Shown one piece after another: positions 38,929 to 51,490 of a stretch of 64,000 bases of DNA. The translations under genes were made by a program, and so were the position numbers. Source of the DNA: Marsupella aquatica (taxonomy: Eukaryota > Plantae > Marchantiophyta); contig OZ316893.1 in assembly GCA_973895155.1 (NCBI GenBank), positions 17,242,770-17,306,769 of the forward strand. The letters run 5' to 3'. The notes beneath the pieces are model-generated. The model was not told where the DNA came from. It worked only from the letters and a program-made list of their open reading frames with translations, and did no database searches. Position 1 is the first letter of the stretch. Each line of letters starts with the position of its first letter.

Positions 38929-41900
38929 TCATGGCATAGGCACACTGTTGGCATCTGCATCTCTGAATTTGCCTCCTTCAGCAAATGCATCTACCCTTGT
39001 CACAGGAATGAAGTCCCCGCTATCATGAACTACAGGCACTTGGTCTGAACGCCGACGATCAAAGGCACTATGAGAGTGTAAATGAAACTCAAGGTTTGAT
39101 CCTTCCATCCGACGTTGCTTGGCCTGTTTATGACACACTACACGCCAACCTGGGGAGTCTTCCACATCCAGGAAGAAAGCTTGCTCCACCTGACTGGGAA
39201 ACACAAATGGCTCAGCCCATTCGGGCAATTTCCCTTTGAAATTGGCCAGCAAGAAACCATCATTGTCTCTCTTCATGGTAGCCCTGTTACCAAGCCAATC
39301 CTGCCGTACCCATGAACCTTTCATAAGAATCACAGGACTGGACACCGCCCCATTGTCCAGAGCCCATATGTCAACTAATTCTCCCACATATCCCATCTCC
39401 ATCCAGGCCCTGTCGTGATTGTGGCTCTGTTGCTCAAATACAATGATGAGCCCATAGTCATTCGTCACCCTATAGGCACTGTCACCATCCTTCACTCGAA
39501 AGTGATTCCCATATGCTCTCATCCGTTTGTAAGTCTTCACTTTCAGGCTAGGGGCATTAGACAGTAGGTAAACGTCTGCATCCATGTCTGGGTGGGTCTC
39601 GTGATGCTCTCTAATTGCCATTCTGATCCACTCCATGAAACCTGGAAAAGTTGTTCCTGTAGTGGAATGGGCCGCCTTCAATGACTCATACTCCCTGAAC
39701 AAACAACCACACAGCATTAACTTGGGTAAACATGAACAGGCTGAAGGAGAAAACCACACGCACACAACATTTAAGCTCATGAACTGGATTATAGCACATG
39801 TATGCACTCACTGTATCCAGGGTTCCATCACTACAGTGTTGTGCAATACAAAGTCATGTGCCAAGTCTCTCATAGATATGGTCAGGTTCTTTGTCGTTGC
39901 AGCCCCTTCCAGTACTTCACCTATCACCCCTTCCTCCTCATCAGAATTCCACACCCTGGTCTTCACATGCTCATATTGTGCTATGTATTCGGTCAGAAAT
40001 CCCAGAGTCTCATCCTTGATGTAACCTTTAGCCATGCTTGCTTCAGGTTTGTAATATGTTCTCACGTGACCTTTGAGTAGCTTCATGTACCGTTCCAAAG
40101 GGTACAACCAACGAGCACTCATAGGCCCAAATTGGTGTAGCTCTTCCACAACATGGACAAGTAGGTGGGTCATGACATCAAAAAATGCGGGAGGAAAATA
40201 AATCTCCAGGTCACACAGCACCTGAGCGACATCTTTTGTCAGTTGTGGGAAGTGTGTTTCATCCCAAACCTTCACACAAATACGACAAAACACATCACTG
40301 AGTCGCATGATCACATTACGAACAGGCTTCTGCAACAGGCCCCTCAGGCATAAAGGCAACACCTGTTGCATCAACATATGGTAGTCATGGCTTTTCATAC
40401 TACCAAGCTTTCTAGTCATGATATGCATCTTGAAAGCACTGCCATAGTTTGAAGGAACCTTCAAAGAACTCAACCTCTGCACAAATAGTTCCCACTCTGT
40501 GTCTGTCAGAACATAGGGCGCTTGGTATTTCAAGAGCACATCAGCTCTGTGGGCATGTGGCCTCAACCAAAGATGGGGTTTCATTCCCCTCTGTTCAAGA
40601 TCCAATCTCACTGAACCAGTGTCTTTCTCTCCACACAAGAATCTGAGTAGACTCTCACAAATATTCTTTTCAATGTGCATAACATCAATGTTATGTTTGC
40701 TTGGCTCAAACTCCTGCACCGTTGCAATGCAAAAGCGTTAGCAAATGCCTCAAGTTTAGTCTCTCTCTTCGAAATGAATGCACATGCTCTGAACCAAAAC
40801 ATGTATCCCAATTAGCATCAACTCCAAGAGGCTTACCCTCCAGTACTTGAGCTACAAGTCCAATATGCTCAGTCTTTTTACACCATATCGCTTTATTGGA
40901 TCACTCACTCCATCTTCCCTGCCCCCTCGTTTGATATAGTCATCCCTCAGTGCTCCCCACTGCCTGATCTCCTCTTTGGTCACTTGTGCCGGGGGTCCAC
41001 GTTGCTCAATGTCATTGCCAAAGTGTGCAATCAGTGCCTGTCTTTCTCTGTAAGGGTGATCTGCCTTCAGAAAATGACAATGGCCCATGTATATCACTTT
41101 CTGCAGGGCTCTGGAGTACTCACTGGTGACATTGCGCCCACAGATAGTACAAGCACAATATCCTTTTGTTGTTTGGCCTGATATCATCCCATGGGCTGGG
41201 TAGTCAGCTATAGTCAGAATGACGATGGCTCTAAGGATGAATGGGTTTAACCTCCCAAGCCTCTGTAGGACATCATATGTGAGAACTCCTTCCTCCCAAA
41301 GCTTTCTCAATTCCTCCACTAGGGGAGCCAGAAACACATCTATGTTGGCAGATACAACACTGTCTGGCCCTGGTATCAGTAGGACCATCAGAACAAAAAA
41401 TCGCTTTGTAGTCATCCAAGGAGGAAGGTTATAATTCAAAATAGTTACAGGCCAGCACAAAAATTTGTTGTTCTTGTCTCCAAATGGGTTTACCCCATCC
41501 AATGACAGCCCAAGTCTGACATTCCTCGGCTCAGCAGCAAATTCGGGATACATCTCATCTATGAGTTTCCACTGCCTTGAATCTGCAGCATGTCGTTGTA
41601 GCCCATCATCACTTTTCTTGTTAGTTGCCCAAGTCATCATCTCCGAGATGGCACGGCTTCTGAACATCCGCTGAAGTCTGGGAATGAGTGGAAAATGACG
41701 AAGTACCTTGGCGGGAACCATAGACTTTCCTGAGTTCCAATACCTGTGCTTCCCACACTTAGGGCATGTCAACGATTCTTTATACTCCTTTCTGAAAAGA
41801 ACATGCCCATCAGGACAGGCATGGATGGAATCATAGTTCAATCCAAGATTAGATATGCATCTTTTTGCCTCGTACATGTTCTTGGGCAAAATATTACCAT

Positions 41901-42501
41901 CTGGTAGCACAGTTGTTCGCAAGAATGCCAACAACTCAGAAACTAAAACGTTGGGGACATTGTGGTTGCCGCAAATGTTCAGGAACATGATGACAAATCC
42001 CAGTTTAGAACATTTGCTACCGGGGTACAAAGACTTCCTGCCTTCCTGTATTTGCAGGGGAGAGCCAAACATCCCATCATGCCCAAGGGTTTCCTGCCCT
42101 ATCTCAAACTCATCAAGAGGCTCTTCGACAGGGGGCACACTTGCATGTGCAGCCGTATCCTCTTCGTTGTCCAGCCCATCGTGAAATGCATCCAAGTCTT
42201 GGAAGATGTCTCTCACCATCTCTTCCACATGAATTCCTTCGTCACGTGGTGCTGCCTGAGCACCATCCCGTTGGAGAGCTGACAACCCATTGTCAAATGC
42301 ACCAGGCAGAACCTCGCTTGCCCGTCTTGCAGCATTGGTAGCATCAAATTCTAACCTCCACTCCTCATCGGAAGAATCTTCCTCTGCAGGATCATTCCAA
42401 ACTCGATGTCGTGGATCTCTTCCATGAACCGCGATATGCCGCCAAACCTCATTCAGACCCCTGGTACGGGATCCTTGGCAGATTGCACAAGGACATCTCA
42501 T
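38929..42501 (-). CDS. TnpD-type CACTA transposase (Transposase_21, DUF4218, DUF4216); at least 3 exons; in-frame TAG at 40852-40854
   Basis: MRCPCAIC, IHACPDGHVLF, VLRHFPLIPRLQRMF, EPRNVRLGLSLDGVNPF, IDVMHIEKNICES, MKSHDYH, WLYPLERYM, EPFVFPSQVEQAFF; introns at ~40836-40714 and ~39811-39696. Confidence 0.93.
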
Positions 42502-43173
42502 CCTACTGGCTCCTGAAAGTCTGGTTCGTAACCTTTCACGCTGCCAAGCTTATTATCATGGCGTGATATCCTTGTGGGATGATGCAAAGGCAGTGCCTAT
42601 GCCCTGGGCTGGGTTTGGGGAGGGTGGTGACTAGGGTGCATTGTAACAGGCTGGAAGCTCTGCAGTCATGGACAGCAGTGAACAGGGATGCCTAATGGTG
42701 GTATTTGTGTTCCATATATCCCTGACTGTATGTGCCAAAAGAGTTAACATAACGTGTAATAAATTCTCACAAACCCTAAACCACCCCAAAAGAAAAAAAC
42801 AGGTTTGCGAGTAGTGTACCTATTGTCAAGTGAATGACACAAAATTCCTCAATGTTTGAGGGTGTCACCACCTCCACAGCTATCCTCAAATGTACCGCCT
42901 CTGCATGTACACCCATGACCATATCAGAGTCCAATCATGTATAGTCATAGGCACAGGTGTGAGAGCGGTATCAGATATCTCACCGCCAAGATTTGAGCCC
43001 ACCCAGTACATTTACAGTGACACCCCCAGGCAGCAGGAAACAACAATCCGCCAACAGCAGAATAAGCCCAACTGCCACCAACCATAACAAGGTACATTAG
43101 TTCAAAGATCACATTTATTTCAATGATCTGATTTATACAAAAAAACTTGTGTCCAAACTGATGCTACTACTCC

Positions 43174-44052
43174 TCACTCTGATTCAGAATCACTAATGAC
43201 CCATTCCTCACTTGTTGTCTCATAGTCCTCTCTATAAGGATCCTGACCCTTCCGTGGCCAGGCCTCAAAAAGATCATAGTCCATTGGGTTTTGACGCTTC
43301 CCAGCTGCTACTGATTCCACAAGCCAAGCATATGAAACCACAAACACATTATGGGACATGACATAAAAGCGAATGTGTCCCTTCCCAAACTTGCGGCAGG
43401 CTTTGGGATATGACTTAGTAATGACATGAGTGGTGTCCTCTATTATATTCTCCTCCACTGTCCCACCTAGGTCAAGCACCGTGGACTTGTACACTTTGCA
43501 CTTAACCTCTCCAATTCCCGCCTCCACAAATACCATGCTCAGCCCTTTCAGAATGGGGGTTGGTTGCTTCTTCTCCTCAGCCAACATACTCTTCAGCCTT
43601 CTAGAGCTCTATCCTTTGTTGAGTTCAGGTCCATATTGGACATCAGCAAGCAGTGCCTTTGCTTCCCAGACTTCTTGTTCAGCCCAAGCTGATGCAGTAG
43701 CTTCTTCATCCTCCCACAACTCATATTGCTCAGTATCATGTACAATCTGATGTGCTATGGAATCTGTGATCCAAGAGGCCTCAACTACTTTTAGGCCTTG
43801 CTTAGTAATTGCAGAATTCATGTAGGACCATGACCACTTCTTTATCACTGATAGCCATGTCCCTGCAACAACATGTGTAGTCTCTGGAGTGATGTCCTGC
43901 ACTATAGTGCCATGGAGCTCAGATAATCGTTTCTGTACAGTTGGCCAATGCACTTTGGTCAACCCATGTTGGCCATGGACCAAAATGGCTCTGACCCCTG
44001 TAAACACTGCTGGGTGGTCACACTTTCTACGTTTCCCAGGCTCCATGTACAC
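43174..44052 (-). pseudogene. Tandem-BRCT protein (~290 codons) with a single in-frame TAG at 43609-43611
   Basis: Two repeats of G..v...i...TTHVV..(K/F)VV..(S/A)W..(D/E)S. The 147-aa and 137-aa ORFs are in frame, 7 sense codons apart. Confidence 0.8.
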
Positions 44053-44638
44053 ACACCCTACGTGATGACAATGAATTTTGGAAGAATGGGTTCACCTGAC
44101 AATACAAGGACAACAAAATTCCTGTGTTTTGAGTTGATCTGGCCCATTGGTGCTCAGGTCCGATTTTGATAGGTACAAGGGATATGTGAACAATACGTAC
44201 TAGGCACCTGCACGGATGCAGGACATTGTTTGAATATATACTACAAAATCCATATCGAAGGTGAAATGAAGTGCAACCAACTTGTCATGGCACATACATA
44301 TTTTGTTGTAAAGGAGGATACGTTCAATGACAAACTTATAGGGCAATTTGATTAATTGCATGCCTGATAATTTATACGCTTACAACTTAGAAGTCCTGTT
44401 TTAATTTAGCAGTCTGATGAAAGTGTTTATGAAAATGACCACTCAGCCTAAATACTTCCAAGAAGGCTTGTAAGGATAAGTTTTTATAGGCATGTACCCA
44501 GCCACTGACGCCAGAGCACAAGATAAGTGCTGCCTATATAAACTCGCCTACCCAACTCCTTTTCAAAATTGGAATCTCTGCAATCTCAAAAAATAGTATA
44601 TCCACATCAGGTGCACTGTGCATGTACAATGTTCAGCT

Positions 44639-45319
44639 TCACAACCAAGATATGTGATCTCTCATAGGAGTGCGCGAGGTAGGATCAATGGCATGGCGAT
44701 GACAATAAAATATCCATTGATCAACACCATGTGCAGAGTGATCATAGATTTCTCTATCACAAGCATAACCCTCTGCTTGACGATCTTTCAGGCAATGATA
44801 GTGCCACATGGTGGGACACCTAGCATAGTGGACTATGTCAGTCCAGTACTCATGATCATGCTCACCACATGCCTTGCACCTATGAAGTGGGCAAGCTGTG
44901 GCATGAGCAGGCAAACACTCAAAACAGAAAAATCTCACACAAAAACGGTCTGGACATTTCCTAACATTTGCTGCAGCATCAACACAGCCCTCATAGGACC
45001 CCAACTTCCCACACTGTGCACACTTAGCCTGCTTCTCCAAACAATCAGTGCACATCCAGTCTCCTTGGTGTGTTGACGGGAGGCCCACCCCTGGACAGTT
45101 GTTTTCTGCAGCAAGGTCAGACTCCGGGTTGAGGTGGAAATGCCTCATGCAAGGGCCCTCACAAATGACCAGGCCCCCACCATCGTCACAAATGGCACAA
45201 CAATGAGCTGCCTTCTGGAAAATCTGACTTGCAGAGAAGTTAGTAGCATCTGCCCCAAGTACACCTGTGTTTCTCACCTCTGTCACAGGCTTTTTGGCTT
45301 GAATTTTAGGTCGTGCCAT
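44639..45319 (-). CDS. Stand-alone EDM2-like PHD-finger protein (226 aa, no intron in the ORF)
   Basis: CAICDDGGGLVICEGPCMRHFH..C..C..CGKLGS..CPLHRCKACG..RCPTMWHYHCL..IFYCHRHAID..TPMRDHI follows the EDM2 PHD block as I recall it (CAICDNGG..CEGSCLRSFH..CPLHKC..YCQEHEID..TPVRDHV). Confidence 0.85.
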   Translation of the reverse strand: MARPKIQAKKPVTEVRNTGVLGADATNFSASQIFQKAAHCCAICDDGGGLVICEGPCMRHFHLNPESDLAAENNCPGVGLPSTHQGDWMCTDCLEKQAKCAQCGKLGSYEGCVDAAANVRKCPDRFCVRFFCFECLPAHATACPLHRCKACGEHDHEYWTDIVHYARCPTMWHYHCLKDRQAEGYACDREIYDHSAHGVDQWIFYCHRHAIDPTSRTPMRDHISWL

Positions 45320-45330
45320 GCCTGCGCATG

Positions 45331-45474
45331 AGATAGACTCTACAATTTAGCAGAATGCACAGAAAGTAATATATATTTAGCATTTAAGGTACAAAGGCAT
45401 TTAGATAGACTCTACAATTTAGTAGACTGCACAGAAAGTAAAATATATTTAGCATTTAAGGTACAAAGGCATTT
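45331..45474. repeat. 72-bp tandem duplication just upstream of the PHD ORF
   Basis: agatagactctacaatttag...gtacaaaggcattt, twice. Confidence 0.9.
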
Positions 45475-46089
45475 GCTACTGCAATGAATTGGAATGGCCA
45501 CACAAGGATGCAGAGCAGACATACTTTTGGTATGTTGAGCCCACACACAAACCTGATCCCCTAATACAATTGCTCCACCAACACCTTAATTTTAATTGTG
45601 GCTATGATTCACCAAAGGAGATCTGCAACAACATTTCATGCATTTGAATCACATACAATAGTCGTGACATGTAAAATAGGCATTCTTCGAAGAGGATTGG
45701 TATGAAGCAGTGTCATAAGGGTTGAAATTTATACATCCTAAATAGGCTATGATAGTGGCTGAGACAAATAAGTGATGCATAAATCACATTTTACAGGTTA
45801 TCACATGGCCCATTAATTCATTGAACGTTGCAATGTTCACCAGGTTAAAGCAGTCATGAAAGCAGTCTTTCAATAGAGACTTTTATGCGAGTTTGCTAGC
45901 CTCTTAAATTAGGATATTTTGCTTAGTGCAGGCATAATAGGATAAGTTATGTATTGTTGACCCTAAACCCTGGACCCAAAATTGCTCATACATCAAAATT
46001 TTAAGTAAATATCCTCTGTGTTGAAGTCAGAGTGTTAAGCTATAGGTCAATGGTATCTGGTCTGTGCATGCGGTGTGACAAGTGGTCCT

Positions 46090-46554
46090 CTAGAGCATGT
46101 GATCCAAACATGTGTAGACACCAAAGTCACCGGTGGTGGGGTCTGGGAGGGCAGGACAAGTGACATCACCAGGCACACTGCAGGATGGCGAGTGGTTCCA
46201 GATGATACATTGTGCTCTGTGCAAAAATCGGCATCCAAGAGAATGGTCATCCAATTCTGGGCCAGAAGCCCTACAGGCAGGACAGTCATATTGGCAACTG
46301 TGTACACACCCTCGACACCTAATTTGTGGCGGGTCATGTACAAGAGACACAAATATCAAGGATGTCGGGAAGGGTACTGAAGCAGGTACAGGCCGACTGT
46401 AGTTGTTCCTGGAAACAACAGGGTACTCAAAGTATCATGCAGATTGGGCTGGAAGGATCCCAAGTCTGACATACTCAAGGTGCAACATCTCTGCCTTGCG
46501 TGCAAGTCGCACATGTTCAGCGTTGCGGGTCCTCACCATAAGTGTTGCTTTCAT
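46090..46554 (-). pseudogene. Possible small Cys/His-rich ORF with one internal TGA
   Basis: MKATLMVR..QSA*YFEYP..CRGCVHSCQYDCPACR..HSLGC in one frame; family not recognised. Confidence 0.35.
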
Positions 46555-47549
46555 TGTGATGTCCTCTGTTCACGTCCTTTGATGAGCAAGGTGAGCAGGA
46601 GGTCGACTTGCCTCGCCAACAGCAACCAACCTAAACTAATCAGTTCCCACTCATTGTCTTGGTTCCAACTACAGGTCATAGTATACACATAGCATGAAAC
46701 GTGCATAGTACATATTTGATTCTGAGTTTATGAGTTTCCTAAGACAAAGAGCTTGGTGATAAACCCATGTTCTCGACGGACATGTATATCAATCATATTA
46801 AAATCCTGTTTTTTCATCCAGAAAGACCGAAAGTCTCACCTTACAGGTTGCAGCAGAGAGAAAATTCACTGGTTGTCGTGTTGTGCAAGTGAACCTCCAC
46901 TGATGCCCCCGGTGTAGCCCCTCAGATGCAGGTGACACTTACCAACTCCCAAGTTGCCTGGTCTAACAGAAAATGCTTATATCTTCAGAACTTTATAGAG
47001 CAAGTACATGATCACATACTTCTGGATCTATTCATATTTGGAACTCTTGCCAACTACAACTCCCATTATGCACAAGCTCACATCAACAGAGAAAGATACA
47101 GAATGCATACTTACTATGGCTCTAAGCACCTTCACTACCTTGTTGAACCCAGTCCTGAAGTCTTTTCAGCATGTTTGTTGTGCTGTCTCCTTTGGCACCC
47201 AACACCTTAGTCCTTGATGTAACAGAATGCAATTTTACAAGTTAGATGCTTTGGAACCTTCTATGGTCTTAGCTGAATTGATGTCATCGTAAGTGGTGAA
47301 AGACAAGGAAGACGAAAGTTGGTTGAAGAGCTGTGGACAACACACTAGCATGAAGTGCTTCAACCAATCCACTGCCAAACGGAACTCTTACACAGTCACA
47401 TTCTTTCAGTAAACAGAAACTCAGTCAAACTTCATAATCAAAGTACAGACTCTGAAGGACCAAAAGAGGATGTTGTGAGTTTCTCTGTTGTTTAATGTGT
47501 TACCCTTCTAGTTTCGAAGTTAGCAAATGCTGAATAATGTGTCTACCAG

Positions 47550-47891
47550 ATCTTCGAAAAGAAGCCCACCACAATTAAGAACTTCGGTATCTGGGTGAGG
47601 TATCAGAGTCGTACAGGTTATCCCAACATGTACAAGAAATATCGTGATACCACATTGAACATCGCTGTAGAGCAGATGTATGATGAGATGGCTTCTTGTT
47701 ATAGAGTTCGGTTCCCTTGCATCCAGATCATCAAGACTATGACAGTCCCTGTCTCTCTGTGCAAGCGAAAAAGTACCAAGCAGTTCCATGATTCAAATAT
47801 CAAGTTCCCCTTGACGTACCGCAAGATTCAACCTCCATCGCGAAAGCTAAAGACAACTTACAAGGCCACCAAGCCCAACACATTTGTTTGA
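47550..47891 (+). pseudogene. RPL18A: Captured terminal exon of 60S ribosomal protein L18a (eL20)
   Basis: [53 protein letters not shown], directly after an intron acceptor (ctaccag); no upstream exons seen. Confidence 0.9.
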
Positions 47892-49716
47892 GTAGTGCGG
47901 GTGCAGGTTCCCAATTTTGAAACAATTTGGCTCATTTTATGTCCCGAGGGACTCCAGGAGTTTATGTATTGAGTTTCTAGTTCAAGATGCTTAATATAAG
48001 GAAATTCAATTATCACTTCGTTCCCAACTTCTATTAATTGAATATACACAAGCTGGAAGCAAGAAGACAAGCCACAATCTAGCATCTTAGCCAAACACAA
48101 TCGTCCTGACAAAGCAAAACTCAGCTGGACAGAAGTCACTCGGATCCACAAAAAATTGAAGATTCACCTCCAAGCCGGAGGCCGATCACTTCAGTACAGC
48201 AGCTTCTGGACGGAACAAACTCTGCTCAGCCCCACAGAAACACAAATGTTAAGGCTCCAAGTCAGAGCTCACAAACAGAAACTCAGATAAATAACATTCA
48301 AAATCTGTCCAGGTTTGTGCAAAGTGTACATATTCATTCTTTTGGAATGAACACGCAATGCATACATCGCCTAGACACAGTCATTATAAATCATTGGGCA
48401 ATTGGGGACCACTAAGCAGGTGTGTTCCTATTTCGAGGCTACAGGAAAGGATAGAGTGACACCAAACTGAAGAGTACACCAAAAGAAAAACAGCAAGAAC
48501 CAAAGTCAATCATGTGTGGATAAACTGCACATGGGAAGTTCCCCTAAAGAAGCATCAGTTGCTAACATTGTCACCCGAACCACACCCAGTTTATTACCTC
48601 AATGTCTTCAGCCTCAATATCCAATCCTCAGCCCCCTGGTGCTTCCGTGTTTGTTCTGCAAATTTCTGTGATGAAATAATTATTCAATACATTCAATAGC
48701 AAAGAGAACTCAATCACAAAAGAAAAATAGTTAGTGTGAATGCTAATTTCTCAACACTTAACTAAATTCAAACCACCAATTCAAGTAGTAAGTTTCAAAA
48801 ACTTGCCTTTACATGAAGAGAAACCAATTGGCCATGCATGTTACTAAAGCAATAAACAAATAATTAGGCTCAACCCCGGGCTCAACACACAGGCAAACTA
48901 CTCAAAACATGTTGCTGAGAAGTAGCATTTTTTGAATGTCAGACTATGTGTAAGTGCCATGATCGTGCTCCTACGTTTCACAAGGAGGGCTGGCCCGAAA
49001 GGGAGAAGCAACAATGTGGAGTCTATACACGTAGCACAAATCCCAGTTTAGAAGGGTGGATGAAGTTCAAACAAGAGTTCAGAACTTGCCATTTGAGATT
49101 GCCAATCTGAACTTCACATTTAGACAGGACTTCATCCAGTTCAGGAGTTCAGATAGGAGTTCAGACAATCTGAAGAGGACTTTGGACTTGAATGAGGGAC
49201 AGCGTGGCCATATAGTTATCCTTGTGGCCTTCAGCTGCGTGTCTCAGGCTGAATTTCACTTTCCAGTTTCGAGAGTTCTGAAGGTCTAGTTTTAGTAACT
49301 TCCTCCTGACTCGACTTGGGAGCATTCTCCCTATTTGCTAGCTTGTAGTTAGCTTTGACTCCTGTGAGCTTAGTTGACGACCCTCTTGAGATATTAACAA
49401 TTAGAACAAACACAAGTTGTCAAGACAGATTCCACCGGAGCAAAAAGTCCAAAATCAGGTGAAAGAAAACCTAAGGAAAGTCCATAAGAACGAAAGTAGG
49501 AAGGCAGGTGCACGGGCCACCGAGAAAAGTAAAGGATGCATGTGATTAGTGGGGAGGGATCTTAGCAAAAACAGGGGAAAGCAAGGGAACTTGCTGCTAA
49601 AATCAGTTGAACGATTGCACGGTTCCTATAAATTTAGTGGACCTTAAGGCCGTCTGTTCACCCCCCCACCCCATCGCCAGAGCACGGGGCACAAGGCATG
49701 TTCTGATACAGGGAGG

Positions 49717-51490
49717 ATTGAGCAGGCGATTGTAATAGCAGGCACCAGGCGATTGAAGGAAGCAGCATTCGGCAATGGACCTAGGCAGCTCGTGAATTTT
49801 GCTCAGCAGCGATGTCACCTAGACCCTAAACACGCAATGCATACATCACCTAGACAACTTGATCATTTGGATTCAGCTGACAGAGGTGGACATCAGATCA
49901 GGGTCCACGAGATCAGGGTCAGCGCCTCTTTACCCCCTAGCGGGTAGACTCAGAAGACAATCAAGTTTGGAAGGATGATCGACCTGTTACACAAAACCCA
50001 CCAGATTGCAATTCCAACCTAGCTGAGACTCTAGTGCTCGGGACAATGTATAGTTTGGATGGGAATATAACATTTTGCAAAGAGATTGGACAACAACATC
50101 AAAAATCCATAGGGCAATACAATAGTGGATGCTAGAGCTATCTAGGTAGACAAAATCGCGGGGAAGAATGATTTCTCCAAGTGACTTCAACTACCTTCAA
50201 TGCGTGGTGTCAGTTCCCGCCTGTAGACTCCCTCCTCCGAAGTTGCAAGAGCCAGCAATCAAACACACTGAAACAAAGTGGGTGGCAATTTCAGTATGAA
50301 ATCGAGTATTTGTGCTACTGCAATGAACAGAGTAAGGCAATGTAGTGGTCATCGTAGCGCCTCCTGAGAAGAACATTCATACACAGTGTCCATATCAAAC
50401 TCATGAAGTGGCAGAAAGGATAGTGTCGCCACAAGCGCAAACTCCCGACAGGTTTAAGCTGCAAAAAACTAACCCCTCCAAATGTCTCCAGCTTGCGACC
50501 ACCTCCAATCGACTGTAGCTATGACCGCAGGTCCTCCCCAGCCGCAACTCTGGCAAGTCCTTCCCAACTAGAGGTCATTGATCATAGCAGCTACAACACA
50601 CATCCAACAGCCTTCCGTCACCAAGCAATCGTAGCACCACTTGAAAGAAAAACATGTTTGCGCGCAGCAGCCTCAATCCTCCACATCTCTGACCCAACCC
50701 GACAACCCTAAACAACAAGACCGGAAAAGAGTATTCTCGCAAGCAGAGTGTTCGGCACTTGGTTTCTCTGCAACTCTCTAGCTCCCCATCTCAGTCCTCC
50801 GCCACACTTGCGACGAACAACATATTGAGCAGCTCGCGATTGCAGCAATAGTAGTTTGAGCAGCAGTTGATTGAACTCCAGGCGAATGAGCTCAGGGAGA
50901 AATGAGCTCCAGGCGATTAGGTGCGCGATTGAGCAGGCGATTGTAATAGTAGGCAACAGGCGATTGAAGGAAGCAGCATTCGGCAATGAACCTAGGCAGC
51001 TCGCGAATTGAGCTCAACAGCAATGTCACCTAGACCGTAAACTCTTCGCAGCAATGGAGTTCCAGTTCGGCAACAATGCAGCGCAACAATGCTAGCTACA
51101 ATAGGTTGGGCACTTACAAAGAAAGTCGCGATTGGCTCGGGGATCGGCTCCTTTGTCCTGGTCACTCACCTGGCCTAAACACTTAACTCCAGGTGAATGA
51201 GCTCCAAGCAATTGGGTGCGCGATTGATTTGGCAATTGTAATAGCAGGCAACAGGCGATTGAAGGAAGCAACATTTGGCAATGGACCTAGGCAGCAGGCG
51301 ATTGTAACAGTAGGCAACAGGCAATTGAAGTAAGCAGCATTCGGCAATGAACGTAGGCAGCTCGCAAATTGAGCTCAGCAGATTTCGCCCATCACCTTTC
51401 TCTTCATAGCAATGGAGCTCAAGAGTGCAAGCGATGTGACCTACACCCTAAACTCTTCGCAACAAAATGGAGCTCGGCAGCGCAACATTG
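49717..51490. repeat. Dispersed ~70-110-bp imperfect repeat, about 4 copies
   Basis: caggcgattgtaatagcaggcaacaggcgattgaaggaagcagcattcggcaatggacctaggcagctcg at ~49720, ~50935, ~51230 and ~51295. Confidence 0.85.

Noticed and set aside
44639-47891. EDM2 and RPL18A as resident host genes
   Set aside because: Both lie inside the TIR/TSD-bounded CACTA and each is only part of the host protein.
49717-51490. CRISPR-like array
   Set aside because: Units are long, degenerate and irregularly spaced, with no spacer structure or cas genes, in a eukaryotic context.
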